Source: Candidatus Latescibacterota bacterium (GTDB lineage Bacteria; Latescibacterota; UBA2968; UBA8231). Taken from it: 64,000 nt of DNA. Position 1 is the stretch's first letter; every line of letters begins with the position of its first letter. Location: positions 4,608,001 to 4,672,000 of the forward strand of contig CBDETK010000013.1 of NCBI GenBank assembly GCA_965242865.1. The letters run 5' to 3'. Below the pieces are notes generated by a model. The model saw only the letters and a list, made by a program, of their open reading frames with translations, did no database searches and was not told where the DNA came from. This document shows positions 45,599 to 55,396 of the stretch, in pieces. The position numbers were made by a program, and so were the translations under genes.

Positions 45599-48328
45599 AT
45601 GTATGGCCGGTGCGGGTTGGCTTTTCTGCTCCTTTGCTGCTTGCTGAGTCCAGCGTGGGTCCAAGCGCAGGATTACGGCTCGCGCCTCGGGGTGCAGCGC
45701 GGCGGTCGGGTGTCGTACGAACCTCGGGGGCCGGGCGTGCTCTTTGACGCCCTCGACCCCACCCTCAAACGCTGGTACGTGCCTCAAGAACTCTACAACG
45801 AGTACCGCTGGCGGCCTTGGCAGTACAACAACTACGCCCGCGAGAACTACCAGCGCTACGTCAATACGGCCATTGAGGGCCATTACTTCTACGACCTATA
45901 CGGCAATTTTGTCACCCAAGGCTGGCTGATCTACGACATGCGCCGGCAACAACCGGCCGAGTTCGGCAGCACCGTGTTTAAGGACAGCCGCTACGGCTCG
46001 TGGTTCAACAACGTCTTGATCGCCTCGGACAGCAAGGGCCAAAACCACTACGCGGTGACCATTGGCAACAGCATTCGCACGACCCTGACGCCGCTGACTT
46101 TTTCCAAGCCGGCCTTCAACGGCATCGAGGCCGATTTTGCCGCGGACAAATACCAAGCCACCGTGCTGTTGTCGCGCATCAGCGCCCCCAACCAAGTGGG
46201 CGTCGCCGTGGGCGCCGTGCCCACGGGCGTATCGAACACCACCGACTTTCTCGGCGGCCACTTCACCGCGCAGGTGGGCGATTTCGTCTCCTTGGGCGCC
46301 ACCTATGTCAACGCCCACCAGTCCAACACGCTGTTGGAGAGCTTTCTCGGGGGGCGCGCCCAAGGCGATTTGACCGTCGAGCAAAACAGCAGCGCGGTCA
46401 CCCGCATTGAAATTTTGCTCGAAGACGACTCGCCCGCCGATGGCCGGGGGGGGGCCGCGCTGTTTTCGCAAAACATCATCATCACGGCGATTCGGGACTT
46501 CAACACCGGCGAGCGCGAAACCGTCACCGGCAAGGAGATCAACTTCACGCCCCTCGTCCAAGGCGGCTTCCAGCGGCCGGGGGGCTTTTTGGCCGCGGAC
46601 GGGGACGAGGCCATTCGCCTGATCTACGATTTTTCCGACCGCGCCTATTTGGGGCCAGACCCCTCGACCATTGTCGAGGTTACGTTCGAGTTGGTGCTGG
46701 CCAACGACTACAAGGTGTCGATGGCCTCCAATCGCCAACTGAGCCGCACGGGCGAATTCCATCCCCTGCTCATCGCCCGGGCCGACGGCAATGTGCGCGA
46801 CACTTCAAACCAGCGGCTCGTGCGCTTTGACTACGGCCTACCCACCGCCAACCAAATTTTCGGCTTCCACCTCGCGACGACTCGCTTCTTAGGCTTTGAC
46901 ACCTATGCCGAATACGCGGTCAACCACCAATTCAGAAAATACCCCAACCCCAATGTAGAAGGCGACCACCAAGCGGCTGCGCGGCGGGCCGATGCTTGGA
47001 TGCTCAACGCGGCGAAAACCGCCTATCCGTGGTTTGTCTATGGCGAGGCTTTCAGCATGGGCAAAGACTACGCGACCCGCATCTTTCTCAGCGACCCGCG
47101 GGGCGTCATTGACTATGCGACCCACAACCGATTCTTCGAGTTCGTCGAGGACAACGACGACCAAGACCGCACGCCCGACTGGGGACGAGCCAACCAAGCC
47201 GGCCCCGACATTGAAGTCTTTCCCGGCTGGGACGAAAACAACGATTTCATCAACGACTTCAACCAAAACGACAACCGCACGCGCGAGAACCAGTTGCCCG
47301 ATTACGAAGAACCCTTCCTGCGCTATCACAGCGACCGGCCCGAATTTCTCTTTGGCATTGATCTCAACAACAACGGCTGGATTGACCGCTTTGAAAACGA
47401 CACCGAGCCCGACTTCCCGTACAAGCGAGACCATCGGGGGTACAACGCCTACGGCGGCGTTCACCTGACGCCGGAGATCCGGCTGACCGCGGGGCGGACC
47501 CGGCAGTGGTTGATCTCGGCGGCGCGGCGCAGCGAGACCAGTTACGCCCTCTTTACCTTGGACAAGGATATTGCCGGCTGGGGGCGCGTCCGGGTCTTTG
47601 AACACCTCAAACGGGCGCGCGACGCGATCGCGGACGACCGCATCGCGCCCCTGCCCTTTTTCCGCGGGCCGCAGCTACCGGTCCAAGATGTACTGCCGGC
47701 CCAAGACACGTGGATCAACGCGGTGTGGCTGGGCTTTAAGTACACGGGCACGGCCAACCTCGTGGTGGAAAACAAGCTCAAGTGGGAATTTTTCCACCAA
47801 TTGCTCGACGATGAGGTCTTGGCCGAGCGGGGGGCGCGGCGGGATTCGCGCTTTTTCGGGCTGATCAATAAGGCGGAGTATGCCCTCGACCTAGCCGGGG
47901 TGGAGCTGATGCCGCGGGTCAAAAGCGAGTACCTGATTGACTCGCCCTTTCTGCGGGCCGAAGACGAGCGCAAGCAGTGGACGCCGAGTCTGTTTTTCAT
48001 TACCCGCCTGCCGCTGATGCCGCGCACCCAGATCGAAGCGGGCTGGGAGCAAAATTACCGCTGGGAGTTGCTGCGCGACGAAAAGGCCCTAGTGGAGACG
48101 GGGGCCGAGGGGGTGGATACCGGGGATCAGCGCGAGACCATTCTGGCGATTCAGGCGACCAACATCAGCGATTATTTGGGCTATAAACTGATCACCCAGC
48201 TCGGGTTCCAATACGAGCGCCGCGCCGCGGAAATCGTCGAAAAGAAAGCCGCGGATTTCGGCTTGGGGAACCGGACCTCGACCGGGTTCACGACCTTCAT
48301 CACGGTGTACGCCGGGCTGGGTCTCTAG
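45599..48328 (+). CDS. Large predicted outer-membrane protein with acidic Ca-binding-like segment
   Basis: GGAGG RBS; signal peptide (VQA-Q); WYVPQELY, IASDSKGQ, RFDYGLPTANQ, acidic block shared with paralogs, terminal VYAGLGL. Confidence 0.8.
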   Translation: MYGRCGLAFLLLCCLLSPAWVQAQDYGSRLGVQRGGRVSYEPRGPGVLFDALDPTLKRWYVPQELYNEYRWRPWQYNNYARENYQRYVNTAIEGHYFYDLYGNFVTQGWLIYDMRRQQPAEFGSTVFKDSRYGSWFNNVLIASDSKGQNHYAVTIGNSIRTTLTPLTFSKPAFNGIEADFAADKYQATVLLSRISAPNQVGVAVGAVPTGVSNTTDFLGGHFTAQVGDFVSLGATYVNAHQSNTLLESFLGGRAQGDLTVEQNSSAVTRIEILLEDDSPADGRGGAALFSQNIIITAIRDFNTGERETVTGKEINFTPLVQGGFQRPGGFLAADGDEAIRLIYDFSDRAYLGPDPSTIVEVTFELVLANDYKVSMASNRQLSRTGEFHPLLIARADGNVRDTSNQRLVRFDYGLPTANQIFGFHLATTRFLGFDTYAEYAVNHQFRKYPNPNVEGDHQAAARRADAWMLNAAKTAYPWFVYGEAFSMGKDYATRIFLSDPRGVIDYATHNRFFEFVEDNDDQDRTPDWGRANQAGPDIEVFPGWDENNDFINDFNQNDNRTRENQLPDYEEPFLRYHSDRPEFLFGIDLNNNGWIDRFENDTEPDFPYKRDHRGYNAYGGVHLTPEIRLTAGRTRQWLISAARRSETSYALFTLDKDIAGWGRVRVFEHLKRARDAIADDRIAPLPFFRGPQLPVQDVLPAQDTWINAVWLGFKYTGTANLVVENKLKWEFFHQLLDDEVLAERGARRDSRFFGLINKAEYALDLAGVELMPRVKSEYLIDSPFLRAEDERKQWTPSLFFITRLPLMPRTQIEAGWEQNYRWELLRDEKALVETGAEGVDTGDQRETILAIQATNISDYLGYKLITQLGFQYERRAAEIVEKKAADFGLGNRTSTGFTTFITVYAGLGL

Positions 48329-48330
48329 CC

Positions 48331-51051
48331 GTGGCCCGGGTGGTTATGGCCATACTCGCCCTGTTGTCGCTCGGCGGCGAGCTCGGCGGCGAGGAATACG
48401 GCAATCGCTTGGGGCGGGGGCACGGCGGCGGGCTGCAATACGTCACGCGCAGCCGCAGCACGCTCATCAACGCCATTGATCCGCGGATCCAGAAGTGGTA
48501 CATGCCCCAAGAACTGTACCGCGAATACCGCCTCAAGCAGTGGGAATACACCAATTATGCGCGGAATTTCTATCGCAGCTATTTATCGGCCACGCTCGAA
48601 GGAGATTACTTCTACGACTTGTTTGGCCGCCGCGTGATGCACGGGTGGTTGGTGTACGAGGCGAGAAAGGAGCAGCCTAGAGCGTCGGAGGGCAACAGCC
48701 TGCTCAAGGGCCTGCCCTACGGCGGCAATTTCCAGAACCTGATCATCGCCTCGGACTCCAAGGGGCAGCACCACTTCTCCCTGACCATAGGCGATGCGAT
48801 CGCCACGACCCTCACGCCGATGACGTTCCGCAAGGCCGCCTTCAACGGCGTCCAGTTTCACTATCTGCAAAACCGCTACGCGGGCACGGTGCTGTTGTCG
48901 CGCATCAGTGCGCCGCTGGTCACCACCTCGTCGTTCGACGTGGGGCTGACCAATGCCACGGAATTGACCGCCGGGCGGCTCACCGCCCAGTTGGGCGATC
49001 ACCTCACGGTCGGCGGTACGTACGTCAACAGCCACAACAGCCGCGCCACCTTGGAGCGCTTTGCCGGCAACATGTTCAAGGGGTTTCTCACCACCGACCA
49101 AGCCAGCAACGCCGTCACATTTGTCGAGGTGCGCCTCAGCGACGATTCGCCCGAAGACGGCGAGAATGGGGCCGTTCTCTTTGCCGAGAACATCATCTTA
49201 AAGGACGTGCGCGGTCATCAGTGGAACGGGGCGCAGGTCGGGTACGTGCCGGCGCGCACGGGCGGCGAATTGCGCGACGGTTTTGCGGTGGCCGACGGCG
49301 GCGACCGCATGGTGCTGCGCTACAATCTCGAAGCCTTGGCCGCGGCGCGGGTCGTGGAAGTGGATGGCGAGCGTACATGGCAGCCGACTGCGGTCGATTC
49401 CCTCGCCGAGGTGCGCTTTGAATTGGCCTTAGCCAATGATTATCGGGTCGAGGTCGCTTCAAATCGCCAGACCAATATCGAGGCGCAGCCGGTCTTCCTC
49501 TTGGTCGAGCGCGCCCCGGGCAATGTCGGCGATACCTCCAATCGGCGCACCGTGCGGTTTGACTACGGCTTACCCACGGCCAATCAGCTCGCGGGCCTCA
49601 CCTTGGAGGTGCGCCAACTGTGGGGTTTTGACCTGTACGCCGAATTAAACGTCAACCACCGCTTTGCCCAGTACCCCAGCCCCCTGCTGGCGACCCACCG
49701 CACCTCCTCTCGCCGGGCCGCGGCGTGGATGGTTGAGCTCGCGCATAGACGAGCGCCCTATTTTTTGCACGGCGAAGTCTTCAGCATGGACCCAGAGTAC
49801 ACCACCAGCGTCTTTATGACCGAGACCAACGGGCGCGTCGATTACGTCGATCCAGAGTCCTTTTTGTACGACTATGTCGATGACAACGACGATTTGGACC
49901 GCTTCCCGGATCAAAAGCGCCGGTGGCAATCCTCGAGATTGGGGCAAACCCTTTCCACGGGCGAGGGCGCGGCCGACCCGGCCGTGTTCCCCGGTTGGGA
50001 CGAGAACGGCGATTTCATCTCCGATTTCAATCAGAACGACACGCCGACGCGCCGCAATGCACTGGCCGATTACGAGGAGCCCTTTTTGCGCTTTAGCGTC
50101 GATCGCCCCGAGTTCCTTTTTGGCCTGGACATGAACAACAACGGCTGGATCGACCGCTTTGAAGACGACGCAGAGCCGGACTATCCCTACGACCGGGATC
50201 TGCGGGGATACAACGTGTACGGCGGCGTTGACATCGCGCCCCAGGTGCGCTTGATCGCGGGCCAGACGCAGCAGTGGCAGTTGTCGAGCAAGCGGCGCAG
50301 CGAGGCCGCCTACGGCCTTTTGGTCCTAGAGCAAGACTGGCCCGGCCTAGGGCGTCTGCGAGTCTTTGAGCAGCTAAAAAAGGTGCGCGACAATATCGCG
50401 GACGACCGCTTGGCCCCGCCGCAGGCACTGGGCGAGCAGCAGGCCGTGGTCGAGGACCCGCTCGCGGCCCAGAACACTTGGATCCACACCGCGTGGCTGG
50501 GGTTTGATTACACGGGCCTAAAATCGCTGCAGGTGATCAACAAGTTCAAGTACCAGGGCTTTCACCAACGCGCCGCCCAGCCGGTGCTCGCCGCGCGCGG
50601 GGCGCGGCCCTTGGGGTACTTTTTGGGCGTGGTCAACAAGGTCGATTACGGCCGCGATCTGGGCCGAGTACACCTCCGCCCGCGCCTTAAAAACGAGTTG
50701 TTCTGGGAGGTCCCCTATCTAGCGCGAGCCAGCGCGCGTCAGTGGTGGAAACAGTTGCTGTCGTTCAGCGTGCGGTTCCCCATTTTTAAGGAGTCGTGGA
50801 TTGAGACGGGCGTTGAGCAGGTTTTTACCACCGACCTCGCCACGGCCCCCCAAGCAGGTGACCGCACGGGCGATGGCCAGCAGACGATTCTGGCGATTGA
50901 GCTGACCAATTACGGCACGTACTTGGGCTACCGCTCGGTCATGCAGTGCGGCCTGCGCTTCGATCGGGACCAGTTTGAGCGCGTTGGCCGCCGGGCCGCA
51001 ACCCAGACCGGCAGCCTCGTCTTTGTCTCGTTCTACGCCGGGCTGGAGTAG
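48331..51051 (+). CDS. Large predicted outer-membrane protein, tandem paralog of 45599..48328
   Basis: Collinear motifs WYMPQELY, IASDSKGQ, LLSRISAP, DDSPEDG, RFDYGLPTANQ, DYEEPFLR; terminal FYAGLE. Confidence 0.8.
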   Translation: MARVVMAILALLSLGGELGGEEYGNRLGRGHGGGLQYVTRSRSTLINAIDPRIQKWYMPQELYREYRLKQWEYTNYARNFYRSYLSATLEGDYFYDLFGRRVMHGWLVYEARKEQPRASEGNSLLKGLPYGGNFQNLIIASDSKGQHHFSLTIGDAIATTLTPMTFRKAAFNGVQFHYLQNRYAGTVLLSRISAPLVTTSSFDVGLTNATELTAGRLTAQLGDHLTVGGTYVNSHNSRATLERFAGNMFKGFLTTDQASNAVTFVEVRLSDDSPEDGENGAVLFAENIILKDVRGHQWNGAQVGYVPARTGGELRDGFAVADGGDRMVLRYNLEALAAARVVEVDGERTWQPTAVDSLAEVRFELALANDYRVEVASNRQTNIEAQPVFLLVERAPGNVGDTSNRRTVRFDYGLPTANQLAGLTLEVRQLWGFDLYAELNVNHRFAQYPSPLLATHRTSSRRAAAWMVELAHRRAPYFLHGEVFSMDPEYTTSVFMTETNGRVDYVDPESFLYDYVDDNDDLDRFPDQKRRWQSSRLGQTLSTGEGAADPAVFPGWDENGDFISDFNQNDTPTRRNALADYEEPFLRFSVDRPEFLFGLDMNNNGWIDRFEDDAEPDYPYDRDLRGYNVYGGVDIAPQVRLIAGQTQQWQLSSKRRSEAAYGLLVLEQDWPGLGRLRVFEQLKKVRDNIADDRLAPPQALGEQQAVVEDPLAAQNTWIHTAWLGFDYTGLKSLQVINKFKYQGFHQRAAQPVLAARGARPLGYFLGVVNKVDYGRDLGRVHLRPRLKNELFWEVPYLARASARQWWKQLLSFSVRFPIFKESWIETGVEQVFTTDLATAPQAGDRTGDGQQTILAIELTNYGTYLGYRSVMQCGLRFDRDQFERVGRRAATQTGSLVFVSFYAGLE

Positions 51052-51055
51052 CAAG

Positions 51056-53572
51056 ATGCGAAAGGGGATTTCTATGGCGATCTGGATTTTGGTCGTCGCG
51101 CTCGGTTGCCGGGCCGCGGCGGCCGAGGAGGGGTACGCGATCCAAGGCGACCGCATTGTCGTGCGCGGCGCGGATCAGTGGCGGCAATGGCTCTTTCCCT
51201 TTGGCACGGTCGACATCGACTCCGCAGGCGCTCGGCCGCACTTTGTGGCGTCGGAACTCAACGCCAGCCTCAATGCCCACCGCTTTCCCTTGGGGGCGGA
51301 CGAGGACGAAAAGGAAGGGGGAATTTTGGCCGCTGGCTCGGGCTTGGCCGGGGCCGCGCACCTCCTCGACGGCCAAGTAGATACCTATTGGGCACCCGAC
51401 CTAGACGATCCCCCGGAGCTGTGGTGGGTGGCGATTGACTTGGGGCGGATCGTTTCGGCCCAGCGCATTGTCTTGCGCTTTGCCGGCGAGGGCGAGGGCG
51501 ATCCCTTTTACCAATTTCGCCTGATGGTGGCCGACGGCGAGGGCAAAGTAGGCGACAATCTCGATTATCACTTGGTCGGCAAGACCGAGCGGCCCAATGG
51601 GACCCAACGCGAATTTTCTTTTGACCTCCAGCCCTTCCAACAGGCCGATCCCCATTTTATCGGCGATGCCTTTCGCTTTGTGCAGGTGGTGATGACGGAC
51701 AGCCGCTTGGGCAAGGCCGAGGAAGTGGACCGCTCGGCCTACCAGAATTTGCCTGCGGAGCTGCAGGGCGCTGTGGAGCACTTTGGCCGCAGCCGCACCG
51801 GGAACGAGTGGCTGCTCGACGAAGAGGCGTACGCGCTGCTCGACCCGGCTGAGCGGGGTTCAATCCGCTATTATCGCCGCGAACAACCGCGCCTCGCCGA
51901 GGTCGAGGTCTGGACCTTGGGCGAGAACATAGCGCTGGGGGCGATCCAGCGGGGCGGCACGGTGGAAGGGCACGGCTTTAACCCCACCCGCAGCCTCGAT
52001 GGGGACTACACCACTTGGTACGGTCTGCAACAGAGTTACACCCGCGAGGCGGCCGAGCCCGAACGGCAAGTCCTCTTTGACCTAGGGGCTTTGTACTGGC
52101 TGGACCTATTCCACTTTCTACCGCCCGCCGCCCGCAGCGCCGGCGGTACGCTGGGCAACTATCGGATGAAGCTGTCGGACGGTTCGCTCGCGCCGGACGG
52201 GAGCTTGCAGTGGGTGCCCGTTGAAGAGCGGCGGGCCTTTCGCCAGCCCCGGTTCCAAGAAGTGCGCTTTGCGCTGCAAAAGGTCCGCTACATCGCCTTC
52301 GATTATCTGGTGGGCAGGGGGGGAAGCAGAGCCGGTTGGTCCGAACTGCAGGCCTACGGCGAAGGCTATCAGCCGGAGGTGGTGTTGGAATCGCCGTTGA
52401 TCGACTTGAGCAGTAGCCGGAATTTGACCGCGCTCCACTGGGACGCCGACATCCCGCCCGGGACGCGCCTGGAGGTGGCCACCCGCACCGGCGACCAGAC
52501 CAAAGTCAACACCACGTATTACCGGAGCGACGGCGCCGAAGTAGATAAAAAAGCGTACCACAAGTTGATTGCCGCGCTCCGGGGGGATTCGCTCAATGTG
52601 TTGGTCGTTGATGAGGAGACTTGGAGCCCTTGGAGCAAACCGCACCTGCGGTCGGGCCAAGTGGTCACGTCGCCATCGCCGCGCCGCTTCCTCAAGGCCC
52701 AAGTGCGGTTGAGCAGCGACGACCCGCAAAACGCCGTGCTCTTGCGCCGCTTGGAGGTGTGGTTTTCCCAACCCTGGGTGGGCCGAGCCTTGGGCGAGGT
52801 GTTTCCGGTGCAGGTGGAACGCCCGGGCGAGAACATGCCGCTGACCTTTTTCGTGCGGCCGGTGCGGCGGGTGGGCGATCCGGGGATCGACGAGGTGTTG
52901 TTGGTCAGCTCCGGGGGGACGCCGCTGTCGCTGCGGGAGGTTCGCCTCGGCGCGGCCGCAGCTGTAGCGGCTGGTGGTGGCCAAGCGCTGGGCCTAGCCG
53001 GGGTGGAGGTGCTCAAGACAGGGGCCGACTCGTTGTGGGTGCGGCTGCCGGCCGCCGTGGGCCGCGCCGAGATAGTCGCCGTTGACGTCTGGACCTCGCT
53101 GTTTGGCCACGGCGTTTCCTTTGCGGGGCGGGTGGGCAACCGCGCCGATTCGGGAACTTGGCAATTGGTCGAAGCCGACCAAGAGGCCGTGGCCGAAGTG
53201 GAAAGCGGCGTCCTGCGGGTGCTGGTGCCCTCGGGCCCGGTGGGGTTGTCGAACCTGACGCTCGCCGCCAAGGTCGTGACGCCCAACGGCGACGGGATCA
53301 ACGACGCCGTGCGGATTGGCTTTGAAGTGCTGCGCTTGGACGGAACCGAGGCCGTGCGCGTGTCGGTGCACGATCTGGCCGGTCGGCGCGTTTGGACGCT
53401 GGAGCAGGTGCGGGCCCGGGCGAGCGGCCAATACTCAGTAGCTTGGGAGGGGGTCAATGACGAGGGCGAGCGGGTGCGGCCGGGGACTTACCTCTTGCGG
53501 GTGGAGGTCCATGCGGATGCGCGCCGCAACGTGCGCACCCAGATCACGCGCCTCGTTCACGTGGTGTATTGA
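51056..53572 (+). CDS. Exported FlgD-Ig-tail protein with two discoidin-like domains
   Basis: Signal peptide; LLDG..DTYW..IDLG and SLDGDYTTWY..FDLG; ELQAYGEGY, WSPWSKP, SPSPRRF, TPNGDGIND, terminal VHVVY. Confidence 0.85.
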   Translation: MRKGISMAIWILVVALGCRAAAAEEGYAIQGDRIVVRGADQWRQWLFPFGTVDIDSAGARPHFVASELNASLNAHRFPLGADEDEKEGGILAAGSGLAGAAHLLDGQVDTYWAPDLDDPPELWWVAIDLGRIVSAQRIVLRFAGEGEGDPFYQFRLMVADGEGKVGDNLDYHLVGKTERPNGTQREFSFDLQPFQQADPHFIGDAFRFVQVVMTDSRLGKAEEVDRSAYQNLPAELQGAVEHFGRSRTGNEWLLDEEAYALLDPAERGSIRYYRREQPRLAEVEVWTLGENIALGAIQRGGTVEGHGFNPTRSLDGDYTTWYGLQQSYTREAAEPERQVLFDLGALYWLDLFHFLPPAARSAGGTLGNYRMKLSDGSLAPDGSLQWVPVEERRAFRQPRFQEVRFALQKVRYIAFDYLVGRGGSRAGWSELQAYGEGYQPEVVLESPLIDLSSSRNLTALHWDADIPPGTRLEVATRTGDQTKVNTTYYRSDGAEVDKKAYHKLIAALRGDSLNVLVVDEETWSPWSKPHLRSGQVVTSPSPRRFLKAQVRLSSDDPQNAVLLRRLEVWFSQPWVGRALGEVFPVQVERPGENMPLTFFVRPVRRVGDPGIDEVLLVSSGGTPLSLREVRLGAAAAVAAGGGQALGLAGVEVLKTGADSLWVRLPAAVGRAEIVAVDVWTSLFGHGVSFAGRVGNRADSGTWQLVEADQEAVAEVESGVLRVLVPSGPVGLSNLTLAAKVVTPNGDGINDAVRIGFEVLRLDGTEAVRVSVHDLAGRRVWTLEQVRARASGQYSVAWEGVNDEGERVRPGTYLLRVEVHADARRNVRTQITRLVHVVY

Positions 53573-53581
53573 GGCCGAGGA

Positions 53582-55396
53582 GTGGGCCGCCCAGTCCAAC
53601 GGTGGATGGCTGTTTGGGTGCTTGGCTGGGCCGTGGGCTGCCAAAGCGAGCGGCCGGCCGTGTACTTCACCGATGCCACCGACCAAGCCGGCCTTTCTTT
53701 TATCCACGAAAACGGCGCGGCCGGGCAGTACTGGCTCATCGAGACCATGGGGGCCGGCGGGGCCCTTGCCGACTTGGACGAGGACAGCGACTTGGACGTC
53801 TATCTGGTCAACGGCTTCGATCTAAGGGGCTTGAACGCCCGGCCGATCAACTTGGTGCGCCGCGAAAACGGCCTCTATTGGGTGGCTCCGTCGGCCCCCA
53901 GCCCCGAGCCACGCTCGGCGGACCCGGCCGATTATGCGGTTGAGCTGACGCCCGCGGCCGGGGTGGTGCCAAGGGGCAACGCGCTCTACCGCAACGAAGG
54001 GACTGGTACTTTTGTCGAAGTGCCCAATGCCGGTGGGGCCGCGGATGTAAGCTATGGCATGGGCGTAGCCGTGGCCGATGCCGACAACGACGGCGACCAA
54101 GACCTGTACGCGACCAACTACGGACCCAACGCCTTCTATCGCAACCGCGGGGACGCTACCTTCGTCCGCGCCCGGGGCGTTAAGGCTCCCCAATGGAGCA
54201 CCAGCGCCGCCTTTTTCGACCGCGACAACGATGGCTCGCTCGACCTGTACGTGGTCAACTATCTCGATTTTACCCCAGCTACCAACAAAATCTGCGGCGG
54301 CTTCATCCACACGGACGACGCGGGCTTGCGCGCCATTGGCGAAGATTCGCGCTCGTACTGTGCGCCCAGCGAGTACGGGGGCGTGCCCGATGTGCTCTAC
54401 CACAACGCGGAGGACGGAACCTTTGTCGATGTATCCCTGGCTGCCGGCGTGGCCAATCCCGAGGGCAAGGGGCTGGGCGTGGTGGCTTGGGACTGGAACG
54501 AGGACGGGTACCAAGACCTGTACGTAGCCAACGACGGGGTGGCCAACTTCCTCTACCAAAACGCCGGCGATGGCACGTTCCGCGATGTAGCCCTGCAAGC
54601 TGGGGTGGCCTACAATGTGCGCGGCCAAGCCGAGGCCGGCATGGGAGTCGATATCGGCGATTGCGACCGCGATGGCGACTGGGACCTGTTCGTCACCAAT
54701 TTCTCCCGCGAAACCAATACGCTCTATCGCAATGAGGGAACCTACTTCAAGGATGTGACCGCGGCGGCGGGCTTGGGCCGGCCGAGCTGGCTCTATTTGG
54801 GCTTTGGCACCGCGTTTTTCGATTACGACCACGACGGCGACCCGGATCTGTACGTGGCCAACGGCCACGTCTTGGACCGCGTCGAGGTACTGCAACCCGG
54901 GGTGCGCTACGCCCAAGAGCATCAGTTGTTTCGCAACGATGGCTCCTGTCGCTTTGCCGAGGTGGGGGACCGCGCGGGGAGTTGGTTCGCGCAAGCGCAA
55001 ATAAGTCGGGGGCTGGCCCGGGGCGACTGGGATGGCGATGGCGATTTAGACCTGCTGGTGACCAATTGCGGCGGCCCGGCCAAGCTGGCCCGCAACCACC
55101 ACGGCAACGGGCGTCACTGGGCCTCGATCAAGCTGGTGGCTACAGCGGCCAACCGCGACGCAGTGGGAGCCGAGGTGCGCGTGGTGACCGATTCGTTGGA
55201 CCAGCGCCGTCTCGTGAGCAGCGGGAGCAGCTATTTATCGGCCGGCGATCGGCGGCTCCACTTTGGCTTGGGTGACCGCCAGCGCATTGATCGGCTCGAA
55301 GTCCAATGGCCCCATGGCGTCAGGCAGGTATTTCGGGAGCTACCCGCCAACCGGAATTTGCTCGTTGAGCAAGGACGGGGCGTGCAGTATGAATGA
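53582..55396 (+). CDS. CRTAC1-family lipoprotein (FG-GAP plus ASPIC/UnbV)
   Basis: Lipobox WAVG-C; DxDxDG repeats; NRDAVGAEV..GSSYLSA.DRRLHFGLG..QWPHG. Confidence 0.9.
   Translation: MGRPVQRWMAVWVLGWAVGCQSERPAVYFTDATDQAGLSFIHENGAAGQYWLIETMGAGGALADLDEDSDLDVYLVNGFDLRGLNARPINLVRRENGLYWVAPSAPSPEPRSADPADYAVELTPAAGVVPRGNALYRNEGTGTFVEVPNAGGAADVSYGMGVAVADADNDGDQDLYATNYGPNAFYRNRGDATFVRARGVKAPQWSTSAAFFDRDNDGSLDLYVVNYLDFTPATNKICGGFIHTDDAGLRAIGEDSRSYCAPSEYGGVPDVLYHNAEDGTFVDVSLAAGVANPEGKGLGVVAWDWNEDGYQDLYVANDGVANFLYQNAGDGTFRDVALQAGVAYNVRGQAEAGMGVDIGDCDRDGDWDLFVTNFSRETNTLYRNEGTYFKDVTAAAGLGRPSWLYLGFGTAFFDYDHDGDPDLYVANGHVLDRVEVLQPGVRYAQEHQLFRNDGSCRFAEVGDRAGSWFAQAQISRGLARGDWDGDGDLDLLVTNCGGPAKLARNHHGNGRHWASIKLVATAANRDAVGAEVRVVTDSLDQRRLVSSGSSYLSAGDRRLHFGLGDRQRIDRLEVQWPHGVRQVFRELPANRNLLVEQGRGVQYE

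Noticed and set aside
46446-46454. G9 tract in an OM protein gene (also A9 at 14438-14446)
   Set aside because: Encodes Gly-Gly or Phe-Phe-Phe in conserved mid-gene regions; little support for phase variation
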